A stretch of DNA of 64,000 nucleotides, taken from assembly GCA_035310145.1 (NCBI GenBank), contig DATGEL010000129.1:8385-72384 (forward strand). Direction: 5' to 3'. A program made the translations under genes and the position numbers. Positions 1 through 9,181 of the stretch are shown piece by piece; positions within the stretch are counted from its first letter, which is position 1; each line of letters opens with the position of its first letter. The notes under the pieces are model-generated. The model saw nothing but the letters and a program-made list of their open reading frames with translations. It did not search any database and had not been told where the DNA came from. The stretch comes from Dehalococcoidia bacterium. GTDB taxonomy: Bacteria > Chloroflexota > Dehalococcoidia > CAUJGQ01.

Positions 1-251
1 CTACGAGCTGCGCGAGGCCGCGCGCCGCGAGTAGCGACGTGGTTGGCGCGCAGGAAGACGTTGCCGGCTACGGGCGCTGCCGGATGGGGCGCGTCGGTCA
101 GGACCGGGAGCCGGCACCACGGCGCACGTCCGCTGCGGCGCGATCGCGACAGCCTGTTGTCGCACTACGATATCTCGCGCGGCGGGCTTGTCAAGTGGCA
201 CGAATTCGAAGTTGAACGCCTGTGCTACACTCGGCCAGAAGGAGCGCCGGC

Positions 252-2012
252 GTGTCCATCCGCGTGCTGCCGCCCGACGTCGCCGCGACGATCGCCGCGG
301 GTGAGGTGATCGAGCGGCCGGCATCCGCTGTGAAGGAGCTGCTCGAGAATGCGATCGACGCCGGCGCAGGCGCGATCCGCATCGAGCTGGCGCGCGGCGG
401 GCTGGAGCTCATCCGCGTTTCCGACGACGGCCGCGGCGTGCCGGCCGCCGAGGTCGAAACGGCGTTCCAGCGCCACGCCACCAGCAAGCTGCGCAGCGCC
501 GGCGACCTGGCCACACTGACCACGCTGGGCTTCCGCGGCGAGGCGCTGCCCAGCCTGATCGCGGCGGCTGCCGAGGTGCAGTTCAGCAGCCATGCCGAGG
601 GCGAAGGCGTGGGCTGCCGGGCGTTGTTCCGCGACGGGCGGCTCGTCGAGCGCAAAGCCGCCGGCCAGGCGCAGGGCACGACCGTGGCACTGCGCGGCCT
701 CTTCGCTAACCAGCCCGCCCGGCTGAAGTTCCTGCGTTCGCCCGCCGCCGAGGCCGTGCAGGTCGCGGGGGTCGTGCATCCCTATGCGCTGGCCTATCCG
801 CGACTGCGCCTTTTGCTGACGATCGACGGGCGGCAGGTGCTGCACACCACGGGCAGCGGCGAGGCTCGCGATGCGGCGGCGCGGGTGCTGGGCGCTGAGC
901 TGGCGGCGCAAATGCTGGCGATCGTCGATGAAGAGAAAGGCGCCCGCGATCTGGCGCCGCGAGTGCGCGGCCTGATCAGTCCGCCTTCGCTCAGCAGGGC
1001 GACGCGCGGCGGCATCATGCTCTTCGTTAATCGTCGCTGGGTGCAGCCACGCCGTCTCGCGTTTGCGATCGAGCAGGCGTATGACACGCTCTTGACCGTC
1101 GGCCGGCACCCGATCGCCGTCGTGCTGGTCGAATTGCCTCCTGGCGATGTCGATGTCAACGTGCACCCTACCAAGGCCGAGGTGCGCTTCCGCGACGAGC
1201 GCGCCGTCTTCGGCGCGGTGCATGCCGCGGTGCGGCGCACGCTGATCGCCCAGGCGCCTGTGCCCGACTTCACCCTGGGGCCGGACACCGCGATGAGCCA
1301 GGCCGGCGCGATCGGCTTCGGCGGGCCGGCGGTGCTCGACGCAGCGCAGCCGGCGCAGGCGCCGCTCTGGCAGACGCTGCTGCGCCCGGACGACCACACC
1401 GGCGCCCGTGAAGAGCCTGACGGCCTGCGGGAGCAGGCGCCGCGCCTGCCGCTGCTGCGCGTGGTCGGCCAAACGGGTTCGACCTACGTCGTGGCCGAGG
1501 GCCCGACGGGCGTGTACCTGATCGACCAGCACGCGGCGCACGAGCGCGTGCTCTACGAGCAGATCTGCCGGGAACGCGAAGGGACGGCGGTCGAGGTGCA
1601 GGGGTTGCTCGCGCCCGTGCCGGTGGAATTGACACCGGCGCAGGCCGCGGTCTTCACCGGTTACGGCGGGCTGTTGGCCGCGCACGGATTCTCAGTGGAG
1701 CCGTTTGGCGAGCGGGCGCTGCTGCTGCGGGCGCTGCCCGCAATCCTGGCCGGGGCCGACCCGGCGCGGGCGCTGACGCGGCTGCTCGACGCGCTGGACG
1801 AAGAGCACGAGGCGCCCTCGCACGAGCGGTTGTTGAAAACGCTCGCCTGCCACGGCAGCGTGCGCGCCGGCAAAGTTTTGAGTCTGGAGGAGATGCGCGC
1901 CCTGGTCCTGGAACTGGAGGGCTGCGAGGCGCCGCGCACCTGCCCGCACGGGCGGCCGACGATGGTGCACCTGAGCGCGGCTACGCTGGAACGGGAGTTC
2001 AAGCGGCGCTGA
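252..2012 (+). CDS. mutL: DNA mismatch repair protein MutL
   Basis: The N-terminus VLPPDVAATIAAGEVIERPASAVKELLENAIDAGA is the GHKL ATPase signature of MutL. The C-terminal dimerisation/endonuclease region is present. I preferred the GTG at 252 (AGGAG about 8 nt upstream) over the track start at 222. Confidence 0.9.
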   Translation: MSIRVLPPDVAATIAAGEVIERPASAVKELLENAIDAGAGAIRIELARGGLELIRVSDDGRGVPAAEVETAFQRHATSKLRSAGDLATLTTLGFRGEALPSLIAAAAEVQFSSHAEGEGVGCRALFRDGRLVERKAAGQAQGTTVALRGLFANQPARLKFLRSPAAEAVQVAGVVHPYALAYPRLRLLLTIDGRQVLHTTGSGEARDAAARVLGAELAAQMLAIVDEEKGARDLAPRVRGLISPPSLSRATRGGIMLFVNRRWVQPRRLAFAIEQAYDTLLTVGRHPIAVVLVELPPGDVDVNVHPTKAEVRFRDERAVFGAVHAAVRRTLIAQAPVPDFTLGPDTAMSQAGAIGFGGPAVLDAAQPAQAPLWQTLLRPDDHTGAREEPDGLREQAPRLPLLRVVGQTGSTYVVAEGPTGVYLIDQHAAHERVLYEQICREREGTAVEVQGLLAPVPVELTPAQAAVFTGYGGLLAAHGFSVEPFGERALLLRALPAILAGADPARALTRLLDALDEEHEAPSHERLLKTLACHGSVRAGKVLSLEEMRALVLELEGCEAPRTCPHGRPTMVHLSAATLEREFKRR

Positions 2013-2035
2013 GCCGGTCACTCCGACAGCAGGAC

Positions 2036-2064
2036 GGGCCGGCAGTGTCGCCGGCCCGTTTGTT
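2036..2064 (+). terminator. Rho-independent terminator after mutL, abutting the tmRNA 3' end
   Basis: Stem GGGCCGGC, loop AGTGTC, stem GCCGGCCC, followed by GTTTGTT. Confidence 0.5.
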
Positions 2065-2066
2065 GG

Positions 2067-2420
2067 TGGTGGAGACGGGGGGGAATTGAACCCCCCGTCC
2101 AGTTGAAACCCGTCTGAGGTCTACTACAAGCGTAGGCAGCAGTTTGATTTGGCCCCGCCGGCGTCTACTGCCGAACTCCTTTGGGGCGAGCCGATGGGTC
2201 TTTCGCGGGCGCTATCGGCGTGACGCGACGCGGCAGCCCGGCATTGTGGCGCCCGCATCCCCTCCCACCGGGCCGAGGAGGGGGCGGACGTCGCCGCTAT
2301 GCAGCGGCGAGAGCGTACTGATTTTCGCCAGTTACAGCGTTGCCACCAGTTTTACGAGGCCGATGGCACCTCGGCTTGCAACCCCAGTCCGTCTTTCCCT
2401 GTCGAGCCCTGTCGTCCCCC
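2067..2420 (-). ncRNA. ssrA: tmRNA (SsrA)
   Basis: The minus strand starts GGGGGACGACAGGGCTCGACAGGG and ends GGACGGGGGGTTCAATTCCCCCCGTCTCCACCA, a tRNA-like acceptor/T-arm with CCA. The internal tag reading frame is GGC GAA AAT CAG TAC GCT CTC GCC GCT GCA TAG (GENQYALAAA). It is adjacent to smpB. Confidence 0.9.
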
Positions 2421-2480
2421 TGGCGTGCCGGCGCGCTGGGCCGGCCGCAGCTTGAGTATAGCACACTCAACCCTGCCCGG

Positions 2481-2969
2481 CTAGCGATCGCTGTGACGCA
2501 GGCCGCGGGCGATCTCGCGCTGGGCGTCGCGCGATGCGATCGCCTGGCGCTTGTCGTACGACTTGCGCCCGCGAGCCACGCCCAGCTCCAGCTTGGCCAT
2601 GCCGCGCTTGAGGTACATCGCCAGCGGCACGATCGTGCCGCCGCGCTGCCGCGCCTTGTCTGACAGATCGCGGATCTGCCAGCGGTGCAGCAGCAGCTTG
2701 CGCGGCCGCTCCGGCTCGTGGTTGTTGCGGTTGCCCTTGTCGTACTGCGAAATGTGCGCGTTGAATAGCCACAGCTCGCCGTGATCCTCGCGGGCGTAGG
2801 CGTCGCGGATGTTGACGCGCCCTTCGCGCGCGGACTTGATCTCGGTGCCGGTCAAGATTACGCCGGCCTCGACCTTCTCCAGAATCTCGTAGTCATGAAA
2901 GGCTTTGCGGTTGACGGTTATCGTCCCGCTGCGCGAGTCCCTGCCGCCTTCCTTGCGTTTTTCCGCCAC
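2481..2969 (-). CDS. smpB: SsrA-binding protein SmpB
   Basis: The sequence VNRKAFHDYEILEKVEAGVILTGTEIKSAREGRVNIRDAY is a typical SmpB core. GTG start. Next to tmRNA. Confidence 0.95.
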   Translation of the reverse strand: MAEKRKEGGRDSRSGTITVNRKAFHDYEILEKVEAGVILTGTEIKSAREGRVNIRDAYAREDHGELWLFNAHISQYDKGNRNNHEPERPRKLLLHRWQIRDLSDKARQRGGTIVPLAMYLKRGMAKLELGVARGRKSYDKRQAIASRDAQREIARGLRHSDR

Positions 2970-4256
<1,287 letters not shown>

Positions 4257-4814
4257 GAGTCCGCCGTCTCCACCCTTTCCCAACCGCCACTCGTCGCGGA
4301 CGGTGCGCGGGCCGCAGTCTCAGCTCGACATAATTTCAAACGTTCTCGATTTTCCCGCGCCGGAACACGGCAGCGAATCGCGGGCATCCGCGCGGCTCCG
4401 CGGGGTTGAGTGTAGCATAGCCGTCGCGCAAACCCGGCCGGTCCACCGCCTGAGCGGCCGCGCTGGAGCGCCGCGCTTTGATCGACCGGCGGCGATCGCT
4501 GAACTGGGAGCCCGCGGTGCGGAATCTCAGCGGCGGACCCGCCGCGCTGTGATCGCGACGGATTCGGAAGATGCTCCACGGCGTCAATGTGGTGGACGCG
4601 TGGCTCGTCGCCGAACGCGGTGGCTGGACTCGCTCCGGCGTCGCTGAGGCGGCGATAGGCCGGCGCGGCCGTCCGCGGTCGCGCTCCAGGTCGCGCCGGA
4701 CGTAGCCTCGCCGTAGCGCGTGGAGATGGGCATCGACCACTACATAACCGGTATAGTGCGATCCAAATGGCGGCGTAGAACAAGAGCGCAGCAGCGAAGG
4801 TTGGTGGGCCGCGA

Positions 4815-5849
4815 TCAGACGGCTTCGCCGTGGAAGGCGCCGCCGCGCTCGTCGCCCGGCCGGCGCACCAGCTCCACATGCCGGGTGGCATCGGCGATAT
4901 TCAGGTCGAGCGCAATCGTGCCCGTGGTCGCCGGCAGCACTGCGGTCTGCTCAGCCGGCCGGCCGTTGATGCTGAAACTGAGCGGCGTGCCTGCGGCGGC
5001 GCAGTGATCCGCCGCGCACACATCCAGCGCGTAGAGCCCCGCGTCTCGCGTCTGCGTGCTGGCGAGGATCTGCGCGCCGAGCTGCGCAGCGACGAGCGCC
5101 CCGGCGGGGATCTCGCGGCCGCGCTCGCGCAGGTGGCCGGTAAAACGCACCACCGGCGCGTCCAGAGGATGCTCGATGCGGACGTGCACCACGCGCTTGC
5201 GCCGCGGCACGAGGAAGTAGGCGATCGTGCCCGCGATCGCCAGGCTGTAGGCCGCGGCGATCACGGCGGCCTCGCGCGGCCGCGCCGCGGCGGTGGCGCC
5301 GATCGCGTCGAGGATCAGGATCGGCAGGAAGATGCCGGTCGCCGTGGCGAGCATGTAGGTCCGTGTGCGCATCGGCGTCAGGCCGGAGGCGTAGCTCACC
5401 AGCTTGAAGTCAAACAGCGGCAGCAGGCGCATGAAGAAGACATACCAGTAGCCGGACTGCGCCGCAAACGGATCAAGCTTGCTCACGGCCGCATCGCCGA
5501 GCCAGCGGCGCAGCAGCGGCCGGCCGAAGCGCCGCGCGATCAGGAAGGCGATCAGGGCGCCGAGCAGATGGCCGACGAGCACCAGAAACGTGCCGGCCAC
5601 GATGCCGTAGGCCACACCGGCCACGACTTCGATGGGAATCGTGGGAATCGGCACGAAGACGATAATCAGCGCGATCATCAGCGAAACGCAGGGTGCGCCC
5701 AGCGGGCCGAACCCGTGCACGAGGCGGCGCACGTCGTGCACGGAAAAGTGGAAGAACGAATGCAGCAGTCCGCCCAGGCCGAGCGACAGCGCCGCGCTCG
5801 CACCGAGCATGCCCAGGGCAACGTAGATCGCGTTCTTCTCCGGCCGCAC
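4815..5849 (-). CDS. TVP38/TMEM64 (DedA-related) family membrane protein with an extra C-terminal beta-rich domain of about 110 aa
   Basis: Multi-TM core with VFVPIPTIPIEVVAGVAYGIVAGTFLVLVGHLLGALIAFLIARRFGRPLLRRWLG. The C-terminal soluble domain resembles the domain in the LPNTG protein at 6647-7432. Confidence 0.75.
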   Translation of the reverse strand: MRPEKNAIYVALGMLGASAALSLGLGGLLHSFFHFSVHDVRRLVHGFGPLGAPCVSLMIALIIVFVPIPTIPIEVVAGVAYGIVAGTFLVLVGHLLGALIAFLIARRFGRPLLRRWLGDAAVSKLDPFAAQSGYWYVFFMRLLPLFDFKLVSYASGLTPMRTRTYMLATATGIFLPILILDAIGATAAARPREAAVIAAAYSLAIAGTIAYFLVPRRKRVVHVRIEHPLDAPVVRFTGHLRERGREIPAGALVAAQLGAQILASTQTRDAGLYALDVCAADHCAAAGTPLSFSINGRPAEQTAVLPATTGTIALDLNIADATRHVELVRRPGDERGGAFHGEAV

Positions 5850-6040
5850 GTCGCCGCTTTGCAGCGCCCTCCTCGCCGTTGACCGACGGTTTCAAAACCG
5901 GCGACGGAACTCCGTCGCCTGCCCGCGCGCATGGCCCCGCGCCGGTCTTGAATCCATGCCTCATTCTCGAATGCGCCGCCCCAGCAGCGCAGGGACGGGC
6001 CGCTCGCCAGCATTATCGTCGGCACGAGCGGCGGCCGCGC

Positions 6041-6361
6041 TCAGGCCGCGCCGGCCACCGCCAGTGCCCCGAGCGCCAGGTCGCCCGCGGCCGGCCAGAG
6101 ATCCGCCCGACGCCAACGGCCGCGCAGCAGCCAGGCGTTGTACAGCGCCAGGGCGCGTCGCGCGGCCAGCACCGGAATCACCAGCAGCCCCGCCGGTGTA
6201 CCCAGCAGTAACTCTAGGCCGCAGAAGACCAGCGCCACGCCGAGCAGCGCGGCCAGCCCGTTCGCGGTCGCCGGCAAGGGACTCCGGCGCAGGGCGCCGG
6301 TCGCATGGTAGGCGGCGAGCGCGCCCAGCAGCACCGCGATCGTGCCTGCGAGGATGTCCAT
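6041..6361 (-). CDS. Small hypothetical membrane protein (about 3 TM)
   Basis: The ORF from ATG 6361 (MDILAGTIAVLLGALAAYH...) is hydrophobic throughout. No recognisable family. Confidence 0.45.
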   Translation of the reverse strand: MDILAGTIAVLLGALAAYHATGALRRSPLPATANGLAALLGVALVFCGLELLLGTPAGLLVIPVLAARRALALYNAWLLRGRWRRADLWPAAGDLALGALAVAGAA

Positions 6362-6646
6362 CGCCGTTCCACGCGGCGGACTGCGCCGCCACGACACGGC
6401 CTGATGATACGTCGCAACCCTGCCGCATCCAAATCCGCTTCGCCGCTCACGCGACGCAGACCGTGCCATCGCTCTAACCGGAGTAGGCTTGGCTAGGTAC
6501 GTCGGGCTGCATGGAGTAGCCCGCTGCCGGTCATGCCGCTATACTCCCCAAAGCCGCGGGGCGCACCCGCGGCCCCGCCGCGCGGCGGGGTAGACCGTGC
6601 CGGCGCGCACGAGCCGGCCGGCAAGACTCGCGCAGGGAAGGGTTGC

Positions 6647-7432
6647 ATGCGGTTACCAGGCAGATTACTGGCGTTCACGGCACTCGCGGGGGCATTCGCT
6701 CTCGCCGGCGGGCTGGCGCTGACGAGCGCCGGCGGCGTCTTCGCCCAAACCGGAGGTTCGCCGACGCCGGCGAGCAACGCCGGCGGACCCTCCGCCGTTC
6801 CGTCGGCCCGTTTCTTCGGCAGCGTCACCTCCGCAAGCGGGTCCGTGGCCAACGGCGCGCCCGTGACCGCCAGCGTCGGCGGCGTGACCTGCGGCACGGG
6901 CAGCGTGGCCAGCGGGCAGTACACGGTGGACGTGCAGGCGATCCAGGGCTGCACCACGCCGGGCGCCACGGTCAGCTTCAGTGTGGGCGGGCAGCCCGCG
7001 ACACCGACGGGCACGCTGCCGGCGGTGCAGGGTACGGCGGTCAGCCTTAATCTGACCGTGAGCGCGGCTACGCCCACGCCGGCGCCCACGACCGCGCCGA
7101 CGCCGCCACCGCCGCCCACCAGGGCGCCGAGCACACCGCCGCCGCCGCCCACCGCGCGGCCGACGACGGCGCCGACCGTGGCGCCCACGGCCGTGGTTCC
7201 CAACCGGCCGCCGCAGACCGGCCTCGGCGGCACGAGCCAGCAGAAGCCGTCCGTAGCGGCCGCACAGAAGCCGGCGGCTGCGCCGGCCGCCGCGCCTGCG
7301 GTGGTGCTGCCCAACACCGGCAGCGGCGCGCAGGGCCGGAACGGCGCCACGCTCGCCGCGCTGCTCGCGCTGGCCGCGGCGCTGGGTCTGAGCGCCGGCG
7401 GCCTGACCTTGCTCGCACGGCGTCGCGCCTAG
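6647..7432 (+). CDS. LPXTG-anchored cell-surface protein
   Basis: Signal peptide MRLPGRLLAFTALAGAFALAGGLALTSAGGVFA, a beta-rich domain, and a Pro/Thr-rich stalk. The C-terminal sorting signal is LPNTG, then a hydrophobic segment, then RRRA. Confidence 0.8.
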   Translation: MRLPGRLLAFTALAGAFALAGGLALTSAGGVFAQTGGSPTPASNAGGPSAVPSARFFGSVTSASGSVANGAPVTASVGGVTCGTGSVASGQYTVDVQAIQGCTTPGATVSFSVGGQPATPTGTLPAVQGTAVSLNLTVSAATPTPAPTTAPTPPPPPTRAPSTPPPPPTARPTTAPTVAPTAVVPNRPPQTGLGGTSQQKPSVAAAQKPAAAPAAAPAVVLPNTGSGAQGRNGATLAALLALAAALGLSAGGLTLLARRRA

Positions 7433-7543
7433 CGACGCCGGACACGCCGCCCGGCACAACGGCGGACAGGTGGGGCGGGCGGACGCCTGCCCCACCTGTC
7501 CGCCGGCGCCCGCTGTACCGCCTCTACCCACGAGGCCCGGAAA

Positions 7544-8302
7544 ATGCCCAATCCCCGCCGCGCCTCCGTCGCGCTCGCCTGCCTCGTCGTCGCTGGCACT
7601 TCGCTGGGGCTCACAGCGTGCGCCGCCTCCCCGAGCAGGGGCAGGGCCGCCACGCTGCCGCCCACGGCGAGCAACGGCGCCGCGGCGGTCACCACGCCTC
7701 ATGCCGTTACGTCAACCGCGTCTCCGGTTACACCGATTGCACCGAGCCCGTCTCCTTCGCCGCCACCGACGCCGGCTCCGACCGAGACGCCCACGCCGGA
7801 GCCCACGGCGTCGCCCTCGCCCTCGCCTTCGCCCACGCCGCCGCCGCCCTCACCGCCGCCGGCGCGGCTGATCATCCCCAGGATCGGCGTCGATGCGCGC
7901 GTTGTGCCCTTGGGCGAAGACGCCAACGGTGCAATGGCATCGCCCGACAATCCGCGCGACGTGGGTTGGTGGGACAAGGGCACGCATCCGGGTGACTGGG
8001 GCAGCGCGGTGATCGATGGGCATGTGGACTTCGCCAACTATGGTGCGGCGGTGTTCTGGAATCTACACCTGCTACAGCCCGGGGACGCCGTGCAGGTGGT
8101 GTCGGTGGAGGGCCAGACGCTGACCTTCAGCGTCACTGCCAGCGAAACCTTTGACGCGAAGGACAACAGCAGCATCGACCGCATCTTCCGCAACGCCGAG
8201 CACCAGGGTTTGAACCTGATCACCTGCACCGGCACGTTCAGCCCGCGCACGCACGATTATGACAAGCGCATCGTCGTCTTCACCACGCTGGCGCCGAGCT
8301 GA
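7544..8302 (+). CDS. Sortase family transpeptidase (class E/F-like)
   Basis: Catalytic-type motifs are IDGHVD (His), LNLITCTG (TLxTC-like Cys) and YDKRIVV (Arg). The N-terminal signal carries a lipobox-like LTAC, followed by a Pro-rich linker. It lies immediately downstream of an LPNTG substrate. Confidence 0.85.
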   Translation: MPNPRRASVALACLVVAGTSLGLTACAASPSRGRAATLPPTASNGAAAVTTPHAVTSTASPVTPIAPSPSPSPPPTPAPTETPTPEPTASPSPSPSPTPPPPSPPPARLIIPRIGVDARVVPLGEDANGAMASPDNPRDVGWWDKGTHPGDWGSAVIDGHVDFANYGAAVFWNLHLLQPGDAVQVVSVEGQTLTFSVTASETFDAKDNSSIDRIFRNAEHQGLNLITCTGTFSPRTHDYDKRIVVFTTLAPS

Positions 8303-8347
8303 GCGCGGGCACAGGGAGAATGGCGATGGTGATCCGATGGTGAGTCT

Positions 8348-8626
8348 GTGGTGAGCGCGCTCCAGATCACGGCGCAGGCCACGCCAAACCCCGAGACGAT
8401 GAAGTTCAGCCTGAATCGCCTCGTGACCGAGGGGCGCGGCGAGACCTACAGCAGCCCGCAGCAAGCGTTCCTCTCACCGCTGGCACGGGCGCTGTTCGCC
8501 GTGCCCGGCGTGGGCGGCGTCTTCTTGCTCAAGGACTTCGTCACGATCCGCCGCGCGCCCGGCGCGGAATGGCCGGGTATCGCTGCCGGCGTGGAAGCCG
8601 CCTTGCGTGACTTTTACGCGGAGTGA
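8348..8626 (+). CDS. Nfu/NifU N-terminal-domain-like scaffold protein
   Basis: The sequence ATPNPETMKFSLNRLV...GVGGVFLLKDFVTIRR resembles the Nfu_N domain. Confidence 0.65.
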   Translation: MVSALQITAQATPNPETMKFSLNRLVTEGRGETYSSPQQAFLSPLARALFAVPGVGGVFLLKDFVTIRRAPGAEWPGIAAGVEAALRDFYAE

Positions 8627-8658
8627 TCAGGCTCGGCCCCGCGCGGGCGGCGAGCGGT

Positions 8659-9099
8659 TCAGCGGGCCACGCCCGCCTCCGCGAACTGCGTGTCGATCTT
8701 GGCCGAGGCGTCAAAAAAGTTCTGGAACGACTGGTTGAAGCGGTAGAACAGGTCGCGGCGGTAGTAGTCTTTGGCGCGGGCGAATTCATCCGGCGCCGCG
8801 AGGTCGAGCGTGTTGAGCGTGTGATGCAGGTCGGCGCGGCCGTTCTGCTTGATGTTTTCGATCATCTCCTTCCAGCCCTCGTACGGCATCACCAGGGTGA
8901 AGTCGAGATCGTCGGCCTGCTGGCGCGCGATCTCCTCAACTCCCGTGCACTCGAAGGCTTCGAACGTCAGCTTGAAGAACTTGTCCCCGACCTCGACGCC
9001 CATCTCCGCGTCGCAGGTGCCGAGATGTCGGTAGGCCTCGTCGTGGTTGATGATCTCGCGCACGTCGTTGAACCATTCGACCGATGGAAACACTGGCAT
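8659..9099 (-). CDS. SCP2 sterol-carrier-like domain protein (tentative)
   Basis: 146 aa with good codon bias. The pattern DAEMGVEVGDKFFKLTFE...DLDFTLVMPYEGWKEMI...ADLHHTLNTLDL resembles the SCP2/alkyl-sulfatase C-terminal fold. Confidence 0.5.
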   Translation of the reverse strand: MPVFPSVEWFNDVREIINHDEAYRHLGTCDAEMGVEVGDKFFKLTFEAFECTGVEEIARQQADDLDFTLVMPYEGWKEMIENIKQNGRADLHHTLNTLDLAAPDEFARAKDYYRRDLFYRFNQSFQNFFDASAKIDTQFAEAGVAR

Positions 9100-9181
9100 G
9101 GTTGTTCACCCCATTCCGCCCGATGATTCGTGCGTTGTTCATGCGTTGAATGATACCGTTGGCCGCCTCGGCGGCGCGGGT

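Noticed and set aside
225-1685. 486-aa ORF antisense to mutL. The same situation applies to 15222-16943 (antisense to cobQ), 26551-28215, 48174-49643, 51340-52404, 62154-63611, 9047-10420 and 39666-40841.
   Set aside because: All are Arg/Gly/Ala-rich shadow ORFs opposite genes with clear family signatures. They carry no motifs and have the wrong codon-position GC pattern.
6493-7350. 285-aa minus-strand ORF rich in Gly/Ala/Val opposite the LPNTG protein gene.
   Set aside because: It is the shadow of the Pro/Thr-rich coding repeat. The plus-strand product has a signal peptide and a sorting signal.
7070-7860. Short repetitive GC-rich tracts (CCGCCGCCGCCC, ACGCCG repeats) that might suggest a repeat array.
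   Set aside because: They are in-frame Pro/Thr/Ala low-complexity linkers of the LPNTG protein and the sortase. They are not spaced repeats, and no CRISPR-like repeat-spacer periodicity occurs anywhere in the window.
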